DNA from: Mytilus trossulus
Lineage: Eukaryota
Direction of reading: 5' to 3'
Length of the DNA stretch: 64,000 nt
Assembly: GCF_036588685.1 (NCBI RefSeq)
Contig: NC_086381.1
Coordinates: 3,906,001-3,970,000, forward strand
Shown: piece by piece, positions 52,201 through 60,200 of the stretch
Numbering within the stretch: the first letter of the stretch is position 1
Layout of the letters: every line of letters starts with the position of its first letter
The notes under the pieces: generated by a model
Seen by the model: the letters and a program-made list of their open reading frames with translations, nothing else
What the model was told of the DNA's origin: nothing
The model's database searches: none
Program-made: the position numbers and the translations under genes

Positions 52201-54264
52201 GGACGGAAGAACGGAAGATACCAAAGGGATAGTCAAACTCATAAATCTAAAACAAACTGACAACGCCATGGCTAAAAATGAAAAAGACAAACAGAAAAAC
52301 AATAGTACACATGACACAACATAGAAAACTAAAGAATAAACAACACGAACCCCTCCAAAAACTAGGGGTGATCTCAGGTGCTCCGGAAGGGTAAGCAGAT
52401 CCTGCTCCACATGTGGCACCCGTCGTGTTGCTTATGTGATTACAAATCCGGTAAATAGTCTAATTCGGTAGGTCACATTCATGAAAGGGAAGGGGATTGT
52501 AGTTACGACGTAAGGAACATATCCGATATCATTTGTGAAATGGTTATTCCATAACGGTCAACCAACTCGTGATGGCGTCCGTAAAATTTACGAAGGGATG
52601 ATTTCAACTTCACCATTTGGAACTCTTGGTTTTAATAGCTTCCATGTAAGCAGCAACCCTCTATCAAGAAAATCATGATAGGAAATGCAAGCACGGGAAT
52701 ATCGTATCAATTGGGAGATATATACCCCGTATGCAGGTGCTGCTGGAATGTTGCTACTTAGAAATGGAAAGTTCACAATTGGAAAGCTGAAATCATCTCT
52801 TTTGTCGTAAAGTTTTGTTTTCAACCTACCCTCATTGTCAATTTCTAGATGTAAGTCAAGATATGAAGCCGACTTAACTGTATCTGTAGTATCCTTTATC
52901 TCTAGTTCGATGGGATAGATTCGTTCCACATAGTCACCAAATTTTGAATTGTTTAGTGAAAGAACATCATCTATATAGCGGAAAGTAGAGTTAAAGGATA
53001 CCAATTGTGAAGTTAGGGATCTAAGGGGAAGTTCATACCTCCATATTATTTAAAATATTCAAATGAAAACAAAGTACTTGGCATGCTTAAATATTGTAAT
53101 AGTAATGTGCTGTCTAAGCTGTCAATTTTTATTCAAAAGGTAGAAAAGATGCTCGTCTAACTTAAAACTGTAATAAACACAGAATTATTTCTAAAGATGT
53201 ATAATTTAAAAATGTATACTGTTTGTATTGTGAACTATGTTGTAATTATTATTGTGTATAATATGCTCCTGTTACGCAGTCTTCTGCGGCTGAGTTTTCT
53301 TTAATAAACTATAAACTATAAGTAAAGAAAATGTACATCAATTTTTGACATAATCACTTATAAAGTATGTTTGATTTGCACATACACAGTTGTCAATATA
53401 TAACAATATTGTATAATACAATAATGTAAGCGACTGCTTAACAAGTAAAATAATTCGCTTGTTATAAAACCATAATACATCCCCCTTTTTCTACATTCGG
53501 AAATGATTGTTATAAGTAAGGACTCGGGACTTGGATTTTGGTATGTTTGTCATTTGTTAACCATTGTTTTGTTAAACCAAAGTAGAATAAAAACTTTGTT
53601 TAACCTTTATAGAACAGAAAAAATGTCCTCGCTAACATAACACACATACTTATGCCTTCTTGGCGCAAAATTCAATGTCTTTTTTTTTTAAACAAAGTCA
53701 ATTATTTCACAATGGTTATTAAACGTCAATTGTCTTGTCCATGTTAATTTTTAATCTAGAACAAATTGTGGTTATCAACTAAGAGGCAGCTGTTGTAGCA
53801 GAAAAGCAGAAAGACAATTATGATCCTTATTTCCAAGTTATAATATGTGCCGTTTCCTTGTTAAGTTGCAGATTCACAGTTGATTTTATTGTTAAATATA
53901 AACAACAACATGAGATGTTTACGTAAACAGAACACATGTTAAATCCAATGTCATTTTTGACAGTAACAAGTCCGGCTTTTTGTACCATGCATGTGTTGAT
54001 CTTTGTTGTTTTTGTATGCATTACAATTTGCATTCGTGTTAGAATTGATAAACTTAGATAGACATTATTTGCTTTGTCGAAACCAATGATAAAGAACATA
54101 CCGACGGCAAACTGATAGTCCAGTGTAAACAATTCCTCACTGTCAGACACAGCTGCACCAGGCCATGTGGTGACCAGATAATCCCCTGACAACTCTACTG
54201 TAAATATACCACTACCTCCAACAATCTCTGGTGGTGTCGTGTCCATGAAACAGGGACCTAAGGT
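1072..54264 (-). CDS. Large multi-exon gene (27 exons in window, ~1567 aa, 5' and 3' incomplete) encoding an uncharacterised protein of tandem fibronectin type-III-like modules
   Basis: 27 exons read manually, all with AG/GT boundaries and mutually compatible phases, summing to 4702 nt with no stop. Recurrent module pattern WxGFxDxxSGI..Y.W.VG..PG..DI ... YY..V.A.N.AG ... SDG..VDxTPP. Domain call is pattern recognition, not a database hit. Confidence 0.9.
1212..1600 (-). repeat. ~128-bp tandem triplication of the exon 27 acceptor and 5' part
   Basis: ctagacatattgtatcctgtggctgtccctg...ggcagatc three times plus a fragment. Confidence 0.85.
2918..2940. repeat. (TA)n microsatellite
   Basis: atatatatat run. 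Confidence 0.9.
3077..3224 (-). CDS. Exon 26 (VTENVQGTTAKDDDY...SSFPG), phase 0-1
   Basis: TGATAG acceptor, G|GTCAGT donor; not in ORF track, translated manually. Confidence 0.85.
4333..4475 (-). CDS. Exon 25 (KDLLINTF...VRGTA), phase 1-0
   Basis: AACAG acceptor, GCT|GTAAGT donor. Confidence 0.85.
5148..5269 (-). CDS. Exon 24 (YEWSVGYADR...FTIGP), phase 2-1
   Basis: TGTAG acceptor, G|GTAAAA donor. Confidence 0.85.
5540..5960 (+). repeat. Interspersed repeat of the hammerhead-bearing family, core degenerate
   Basis: Shares tagccgtatttggcacaacttttt...caactttgtacttg with 23808-23975; core reads CTAGTAA rather than CTGATGA. Confidence 0.65.
6100..6503 (+). repeat. Interspersed repeat ending GTATACTACTGTTGCCTTTATTT
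   Basis: Reverse-strand relatives at ~27955-28150 and ~41620-41720. Confidence 0.65.
6911..7055 (-). CDS. Exon 23 (VFSGTQY...LRATWQ...KPK), phase 1-2
   Basis: TTTTGTAG acceptor, TG|GTAAGT donor. Confidence 0.85.
7790..7964 (-). CDS. Exon 22, Cys-rich (VGLRSHMVHS...CEGHCVCAP...DKSD), phase 0-1
   Basis: TTAAAG acceptor, A|GTAAGT donor; an additional phase-0 exon before it cannot be excluded. Confidence 0.8.
8836..9581 (-). repeat. 123-124-bp tandem array, 6 copies = 3' part of exon 21 + donor GTGAGT
   Basis: tcacc donor motif at 8864, 8988, 9112, 9236, 9359, 9482. Confidence 0.95.
9486..9670 (-). CDS. Exon 21 (TFAMSTDH...AKDLTK), phase 1-0
   Basis: CCATTAG acceptor, AAG|GTGAGT donor; edge copy of the 124-bp array. 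Confidence 0.85.
9810..10433. mobile_element. MITE with 17-bp TIRs and TTAA-like target site (Kolobok/piggyBac-type)
   Basis: GGGCATACAATACAGTT ... AACTGTATCATATGCCC (2 mismatches), flanked by TTCA and TTAA. Confidence 0.75.
11274..15217 (-). repeat. 58-bp tandem array, ~68 copies = 3' end of exon 20 + donor GTTTGT
   Basis: Unit aaacctctagatggtggtgtactgtctacaaacatccccttggaggtagaagtaatac. Confidence 0.97.
15163..15316 (-). CDS. Exon 20 (VNGIARSY...VDSTPPSR), phase 0-1
   Basis: TTCCAG acceptor, G|GTTTGT donor; edge copy of the 58-bp array. Confidence 0.85.
15557..17357 (+). mobile_element. Non-autonomous Helentron-associated element (HINE/DINE-1-like) with internal ~480-500-bp tandem repeats
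   Basis: 5' TTAGCTCACCT...GTGAGCT, (GTCC/GTC)n microsatellite, ~3 internal repeats, 3' palindrome AGGCTCTTAAGAGCCT-CTAGTT; inserted at a T-run. Confidence 0.8.
18316..18545 (-). CDS. Exon 19 (LWSESSSNGFIVDNTPP...SSQS), phase 1-0
   Basis: TTTTAG acceptor, TCA|GTAAGT donor. Confidence 0.9.
19642..19862 (-). CDS. Exon 18 (IYISAKWYGFDDPQSG...AYNKA), phase 2-1
   Basis: TTCACAG acceptor, G|GTATGT donor. Confidence 0.9.
20352..20538 (-). CDS. Exon 17 (FTLRNIHLGTG...IDNSPP...YQSM), phase 1-2
   Basis: TTTCAG acceptor, AC|GTATGT donor. Confidence 0.9.
21926..22202 (-). CDS. Exon 16 (AFNKAGLSS...VDTTPP...VGITY), phase 0-1
   Basis: TTTAG acceptor, G|GTATGT donor. Confidence 0.9.
22588..22771 (-). CDS. 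Exon 15 (WKGVFLDLESGI...YYINVR), phase 2-0
   Basis: TTCCAG acceptor, AGG|GTTAGT donor. Confidence 0.85.
22915..23070. repeat. Degenerate ~30-bp tandem repeat
   Basis: tatttgaacaactaaacatatttggctg-like units. Confidence 0.6.
23454..23589 (-). CDS. Exon 14 (VDFANRET...IDNTPP...EISP), phase 1-2
   Basis: TTTTAG acceptor, TG|GTGAGT donor. Confidence 0.85.
23900..23941 (+). ncRNA. Minimal type-I hammerhead ribozyme motif (Penelope-type)
   Basis: CGTCA-CTGATGA-GTC..GAC-GAAA-CGCGGGTC-TGGA. Confidence 0.65.
24706..25540. mobile_element. Putative non-autonomous element with 150-nt terminal hairpin and 13-bp inverted repeats
   Basis: Palindrome 24706-24856; CTTTATCCTGCAA (24855) / TTGCAGGATAAAG (25528-25540). 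Confidence 0.55.
25997..26038 (+). ncRNA. Minimal type-I hammerhead ribozyme motif, stem II mismatched
   Basis: TGTCA-CTGATGA-GTC..GTC-GAAA-CGCGCGTC-TGGCG. Confidence 0.6.
26172..26288 (-). CDS. Exon 13 (TISGGNDV...YYATLK), phase 1-1
   Basis: TTTCAG acceptor, G|GTATCT donor. Confidence 0.8.
26944..27049 (-). CDS. Exon 12 (TTVTDLYINWDGFHD...LLGI), phase 0-1
   Basis: TTACAG acceptor, G|GTAAGT donor. Confidence 0.85.
27478..27695 (-). CDS. Exon 11 (KEFINVKF...VDLTPP...QIYQ), phase 1-0
   Basis: TTTAG acceptor, CAG|GTAGGA donor. Confidence 0.85.
28193..28432 (-). CDS. Exon 10 (DIGKPVVLKQNALW...KCGHT), phase 1-1
   Basis: TTTCAG acceptor, G|GTATAT donor. Confidence 0.85.
28456..35385 (-). repeat. 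85-bp tandem array, ~81 copies = 3' end of exon 9 + donor GTAAGT
   Basis: 85-bp periodicity; unit translates DCQAFNPILIHPNIVIDAVGAPDSN then GTAAGT. Confidence 0.97.
35306..35495 (-). CDS. Exon 9 (ILFEYVLNG...DAVGAPDSN), phase 0-1
   Basis: TTTCAG acceptor, G|GTAAGT donor; edge copy of the 85-bp array. Confidence 0.85.
35878..36039 (-). CDS. Exon 8 (LMVSFAQFYDPD...AIGHQ), phase 0-0
   Basis: TTCCAG acceptor, CAG|GTACAT donor. Confidence 0.85.
36366..41586. mobile_element. Non-coding element with split direct repeats A1...B1-A2-B2 (Ngaro/VIPER-like layout)
   Basis: A1 36366-36754 matches A2 40855-41243; B1 40577-40855 matches B2 41308-41586. Confidence 0.6.
37760..38160. repeat. Degenerate tandem repeat (~70-120-bp units)
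   Basis: cagaggtcgtagtagcttggtctatga and tatgcttcgtcatgaaactcatg each recur about 4 times. Confidence 0.75.
42686..42921 (-). CDS. Exon 7 (QWSIFRDF...GGAEK), phase 1-0
   Basis: TTTCAG acceptor, AAA|GTAAGT donor. Confidence 0.85.
44109..44250 (-). CDS. Exon 6 (DHRLSCSDDVDIQ...RSGVG), phase 0-1
   Basis: TTTAG acceptor, A|GTAAGC donor. Confidence 0.85.
44477..45127. repeat. ~56-67-bp minisatellite, ~11 copies, not exon-derived
   Basis: ggaactcctatatagtgatagttgttttataccgcttgtcgaattcactcgttgtt repeated. Confidence 0.9.
45613..45638 (-). CDS. Exon 5, 26-nt micro-exon (DKSLEHHME), phase 1-0
   Basis: TCTTTTTCAG acceptor, GAG|GTTAGT donor; bridges phase-1 exon 4 to phase-0 exon 6. Confidence 0.65.
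46186..46321 (-). CDS. Exon 4 (KYYFTVTALNTVG...GEPCYMI), phase 0-1
   Basis: TTTTAG acceptor, G|GTAAGT donor; manual translation. Confidence 0.85.
46727..46924 (-). CDS. Exon 3 (DIQDLDFQTSTT...LTPYQ), phase 0-0
   Basis: TTTTAG acceptor, CAG|GTAATA donor. Confidence 0.85.
47575..49500 (-). mobile_element. 5'-truncated Penelope-like retroelement: RT ORF (48219-49436) plus ~640-bp 3' region
   Basis: RT motifs SFDFSTLYT, QIIGIPMGTNCAPLIADLFL, RYLDD and thumb DKRDDFSFPIVNYPF...YGVYISQL; upstream KLHK/PYKYRFI remnant; decayed copy of the 3' region at ~41730-42350. Confidence 0.85.
50426..50682 (-). CDS. Exon 2 (HSAYGTDVQGF...VVLDIDTQ), phase 1-0
   Basis: TACAG acceptor, CAG|GTACAC donor; within ORF 50402..50698. 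Confidence 0.85.
51480..53180 (+). pseudogene. Decayed non-LTR (LINE) ORF2 C-terminal fragment, split by the 52195-53004 element
   Basis: Frame-broken remnants LKLFDALVVPILTYSSEIWG, MVYGEL, QDQFIQKW, PIETGRWRKVPRNERICPLC; resumes near 53005. Confidence 0.65.
52195..53004 (-). mobile_element. Second Penelope-like RT family, 3' fragment (YIDD) with 3' region
   Basis: RYIDDVL...LYDKRDDFSFPIVNFPFLSSNIP. Its 3' region recurs on + at ~15391-15556/17358-17610, 19070-19415, 26345-26560, 43700-43995 and 50715-50990. Confidence 0.85.
54102..54264 (-). CDS. Exon 1 in window (TLGPCFMDTTPPEIVGG...DYQFAV), phase 0-1
   Basis: TTTCTATTTCAG acceptor, G|GTATGT donor; edge copy of the 151-bp array. Confidence 0.85.
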
Positions 54265-57200
54265 CTGAAATAGAAAGAAACAACTCTTCACTGTCAGACA
54301 CAGCTGCACCAGGCCATGTGGTGACCAGATACTCTCCTGACAACTATAATGTAAATATACCACTACCGCCAACAATCTCTGGTGGTGTCGTGTCCATGAA
54401 ACAGGGACATAAGGTCTGAAATAGAAAGAAACAACTCTTCACTGTCAGACACAGCTGCACCAGGCCATGTGGTGACCAGATAATCCCCTGACAACTCTAC
54501 TGTAAATATACCACTACCTCCAACAATCTCTGGTGGTGTCGTGTCCATGAAACAGGGACCTAAGGTCTGAAATAGAAAGAAACAATTCTTCACTGTCATA
54601 CACAGCTGTACCAGGCCATGTGGTGACCAGATACTCCCCTGACAACTCTACTGTAAATATACCACTACCTCCAACAATCTCTGGTGGTGTCGTGTCCATG
54701 AAACAGGGACCTAAGGTCTGAAATAGAAAGAAACAATTCTTCACTGTCAGACACAGCTGCACCAGGCCATGTGGTGACCAGATAATCTCCTGACAACTTT
54801 ACTGTAAATATACCACTACCTCCAACAATCTCTGGTGGTGTCGTGTCCATGAAACAGGGACCTAAGGTCTGAAATAGAAAGAAACAATTCCTCACTGTCA
54901 GACACAGCTGCACCAGGCCATGTGGTGACCAGATACTCTCCTGACAACTCTACTGTAAATATACCACTACCTCCAACAATCTCTGGTGGTGTCGTGTCCA
55001 TGAAACAGGGACCTAAGGTCTGAAATAGAAAGAAACAATTCCTCACTGTCAGACACAGCTCCACCAGGCCATGTGGTGACCAGATAATCCCCTGACATTT
55101 GTACTGTAAATATACCACTACCTCCAACAATCTCTGGTGGTGTCGTGTCCATGAAACACGGACCTAAGGTCTAAAATAGAAAGAAACAATTCTTCACTGT
55201 CAGACACAGCTCCACCAGGCCATGTGGTGACCAGATACTCTCCTGACAACTCTACTGTAAATATACCACTACCTCCAACAATCTCTGGTGGTGTCGTGTC
55301 CATGAAACAGGGACCTAAGGTCTGAAATAGAAAGAAACAATTCTTCACTGTCAGACACAGCTGTACCAGGCCATGTGGTGATCAGATAATCCCCTGACAA
55401 CTCTACTGTAAATATACCACTACCTCCAACAATCTCTGGTGGTGTCGTGTCCATGAAACAGGGACCTAAGGTCTGAAATAGAAAGAAACAATTCCTCACT
55501 GTCAGACACAGCTCCACCAGGCCATGTGGTGACCAGATAATCCCCTGACATTTGTACTGTAAATATACCACTACCTCCAACAATCTCTGGTGGTGTCGTG
55601 TCCATGAAACAGGGACCTAAGGTCTGAAATAGAAAGAAACAACTCTTCACTGTCAGACACAGCTATAAACTTCAAGATTATAAAAAACCGGTTTTTTTCT
55701 AAAGTGAACATTGATTGGTTAAATATTTCTCAGTGTGTTTGAATTTGTTTGATAGCCTTTTGGTCATTACTGTTTGTCTCTAATATTTAATTAACTGTGC
55801 ATTTGTATTCAGATATCGCAGATCAAATTTATTCGTTCTTTGTGTAATCATACGTTTTTTGATTGAGTTAAGTCTGCTAATTGATATTTTATCGTATGTT
55901 TTTATATGTTGTGATATTATGCTATTGTTTCAGAAAAAGGGAGAAGGTTTGGGCCCATTAAAACGTTTAATCCCGCTGCAAATGTTTGCACCTGTCCTAA
56001 GTCAGGAATCTGATGTACAGTAGTTGTCGTTTGTTTATGTAATATATACGTGTTTCTCGTTTCTCGTTTTGTTTATATAGATTAGACCGTTGGTTTTCCC
56101 GTTTGAATGGTTTTACACTAGTAATTTTGGGGCCCTTTATAGCTTGTTGTTCGGTGTGAGCCAAGGCTCCGTGTTGAAGGCCGTACTTTAACCTATAATG
56201 GTTTAATTTTTAAATTGTTATTTGGATGGAGAGTTGTCTCATTGGCACTCACACCACATCTTCCTATATCTACAGCTGCACCAGGCCATGTGGTGACCAG
56301 ATAATCCCCTGACAACTCTACTGTAAATATACCACTACCTTCAACAATCTCTGGGGGTGTGGTGTCCATGAAACAGGGACCTAAGGTCTGAAATAGAAAG
56401 AAACAATTCTTCACTGTCAGACACAGCTGCACCAGGCCATGTGGTGACCAGATAATCCCCTGACAACTCTACTGTAAATATACCACTACCTCCAACAATC
56501 TCTGGGGGTGTCGTGCCCATGAAACAGGGACCTAAGGTCTGAAATAGAAAGAAACAATTCTTCACTGTCAGACACAGCTGCACCAGGCCATGTGGTGACC
56601 AGATAATCCCCTGACAACTCTACTGTAAATATACCACTACCTCCAACAATCTCTGGTGGTGTCGTGTCCATGAAACAGGGACCTAAGGTCTGAAATAGAA
56701 AGAAACAACTCTTCACTGTCAGACACAGCTCCACCAGGCCATGTGGTGACCAGATACTCCCCTGACAACTCTACTGTAAATATACCACTACCTCCAACTA
56801 TCTCTGGTGGTGTCGTGTCCATGAAACAGGGACCTAAGGTCTGAAATAGAAAGAAACAATTCTTCACTGTCAGACACAGCTGTACCAGGCCATGTGGTGA
56901 TCAGATAATCCCCTGACAACTCTACTGTAAATATACCACTACCTCCAACAATCTCTGGTGGTGTCGTGTCCATGAAACAGGGACCTAAGGTCTGAAATAG
57001 AAAGAAACAATTCTTCACTGTCAGACACAGCTGTACCAGGCCATGTGGTGACCAGATACTCTCCTGACAACTCTACTATAAATATACCACTGCCTCCAAC
57101 TATCTCTGGTGGTGTCGTGTCCATGAAACACGGACCTAAGGTCTGAAATAGTAAGAAACAATTCTTCACTGTCAGACACAGCTGTACCAGGCCATGTGGT

Positions 57201-60200
57201 GACCAGATACTCTCCTGACAACTCTACTATAAATATACCACTGCCTCCAACTATCTCTGGTGGTGTGGTGTCCATGAAACAGGGACCTAAGGTCTAAAAT
57301 AGAAAGAAACAATTCTTCACTGTCAGACACAGCTGTACCAGGCCATGTGGTGACCAGATACTCCCCTGACAACTGTACTGTAAATATACCACTACCTCCA
57401 ACAATCTCTGGTGGTGTCGTGTCCATGAAACAGGGACCTAAGGTCTAAAATAGAAAGAAACAATTCTTCACTGTCAGACACAGCTGTACCAGGCCATGTG
57501 GTGACTAGATACTCCCCTGACAACTCTACTGTAAATATACCACTACCTCCAACAATCTCTGGTGGTGTCGTGTCCATGAAACAGGGACCTAAGGTCTAAA
57601 ATAGAAAGAAACAACTCTTCACTGTCAGACACAGCTATACCAGGCCATGTGGTGACCAGATACTCCCCTGACAACTCTACTATAAATATACCACTACCTC
57701 CAACAATCTCTGGGGGTGTAGTGTCCATGAAACAGGGACCTAAGGTCTAAAATAGAAAGAAACAACTCTTCACTGTCAGACACAGCTCCACCAGGCCATG
57801 TGGTGACCAGATACTCTCCTGACAACTCTACTGCAAATATACCACTACCTCCAACAATCTCTGGGGGTGTAGTGTCCATGAAACAGGGACCTAAGGTCTG
57901 AAATAGAAAGAAACAATTCTTCACTGTCAGACACAGCTGTACCAGGCCATGTGGTGACCAGATACTCCCCTGACAACTTTACTGTAAATATACCACTACC
58001 TCCAACTATCTCTGATGGTGTAGTGTCCATGAAACAGGGACCTAAGGTCTGAAATAGAAAGAAACAATTCCTCACTGTCAGACACAGCTCCACCAGGCCA
58101 TGTGGTGACTAGATACTCCCCTGACAACTCTACTATAAATATACCACTACCTCCAACAATCTCTGGTGGTGTCGTGTCCATGAAACAGGGACCTAAGGTC
58201 TGAAATAGAAAGAAACAATTCTTCACTGTCAGACACAGCTGTACCAGGCCATGTGGTGACCAGATACTCCCCTGACAACTCTACTGTAAATATACCACTA
58301 CCTCCAACAATCTCTGGTGGTGTCGTGTCCATGAAACAGGGACCTAAGGTCTGAAATAGAAAGAAACAATTCTTCACTGTCAGACACAGCTCCACCAGGC
58401 CATGTGGTGACCAGATACTCTCCTGACAACTCTACTATAAATATACCACTGCCTCCAACTATCTCTGGTGGTGTCGTGTCCATGAAACACGGACCTAAGG
58501 TCTGAAATAGTAAGAAACAATTCTTCACTGTCAGACACAGCTGTACCAGGCCATGTGGTGACCAGATACTCTCCTGACAACTCTACTATAAATATACCAC
58601 TGCCTCCAACTATCTCTGGTGGTGTGGTGTCCATGAAACAGGGACCTAAGGTCTAAAATAGAAAGAAACAATTCTTCACTGTCAGACACAGCTGTACCAG
58701 GCCATGTGGTGACCAGATACTCCCCTGACAACTGTACTGTAAATATACCACTACCTCCAACAATCTCTGGTGGTGTCGTGTCCATGAAACAGGGACCTAA
58801 GGTCTAAAATAGAAAGAAACAATTCTTCACTGTCAGACACAGCTGTACCAGGCCATGTGGTGACTAGATACTCCCCTGACAACTCTACTGTAAATATACC
58901 ACTACCTCCAACAATCTCTGGTGGTGTCGTGTCCATGAAACAGGGACCTAAGGTCTAAAATAGAAAGAAACAACTCTTCACTGTCAGACACAGCTATACC
59001 AGGCCATGTGGTGACCAGATACTCCCCTGACAACTCTACTATAAATATACCACTACCTCCAACAATCTCTGGGGGTGTAGTGTCCATGAAACAGGGACCT
59101 AAGGTCTAAAATAGAAAGAAACAACTCTTCACTGTCAGACACAGCTCCACCAGGCCATGTGGTGACCAGATACTCTCCTGACAACTCTACTGCAAATATA
59201 CCACTACCTCCAACAATCTCTGGGGGTGTAGTGTCCATGAAACAGGGACCTAAGGTCTGAAATAGAAAGAAACAATTCTTCACTGTCAGACACAGCTGTA
59301 CCAGGCCATGTGGTGACCAGATACTCCCCTGACAACTTTACTGTAAATATACCACTACCTCCAACTATCTCTGATGGTGTAGTGTCCATGAAACAGGGAC
59401 CTAAGGTCTGAAATAGAAAGAAACAATTCCTCACTGTCAGACACAGCTCCACCAGGCCATGTGGTGACTAGATACTCCCCTGACAACTCTACTATAAATA
59501 TACCACTACCTCCAACAATCTCTGGTGGTGTCGTGTCCATGAAACAGGGACCTAAGGTCTGAAATAGAAAGAAACAATTCTTCACTGTCAGACACAGCTG
59601 TACCAGGCCATGTGGTGACCAGATACTCCCCTGACAACTCTACTGTAAATATACCACTACCTCCAACAATCTCTGGTGGTGTCGTGTCCATGAAACAGGG
59701 ACCTAAGGTCTGAAATAGAAAGAAACAATTCTTCACTGTCAGACACAGCTCCACCAGGCCATGTGGTGACCAGATACTCTCCTGACAACTCTACTGTAAA
59801 TATACCACTACCTCCAACAATCTCTGGTGGTGTCGTGTCCATGAAACACGGACCTAAGGTCTAAAATAGAAAGAAACAATTCTTCACTGTCAGACACAGC
59901 TGTACCAGGCCATGTGGTGACCAGATAATCTCCTGACAACTGTACTGTAAATATACCACTACCTCCAACAATCTCTGGTGGTGTCGTGTCCATGAAACAG
60001 GGACCTAAGGTCTAAAATAGAAAGAAACAACTCTTCACTGTCAGACACAGCTGTACCAGGCCATGTGGTGACTAGATAATCTCCTGACAACTCTACTGTA
60101 AATATACCACTACCGCCAACAATCTCTGGTGGTGTCGTGTCCATGAAACAGGGACCTAAGGTCTGAAATAGAAAGAAACAATTCTTCACTGTCAGACACA

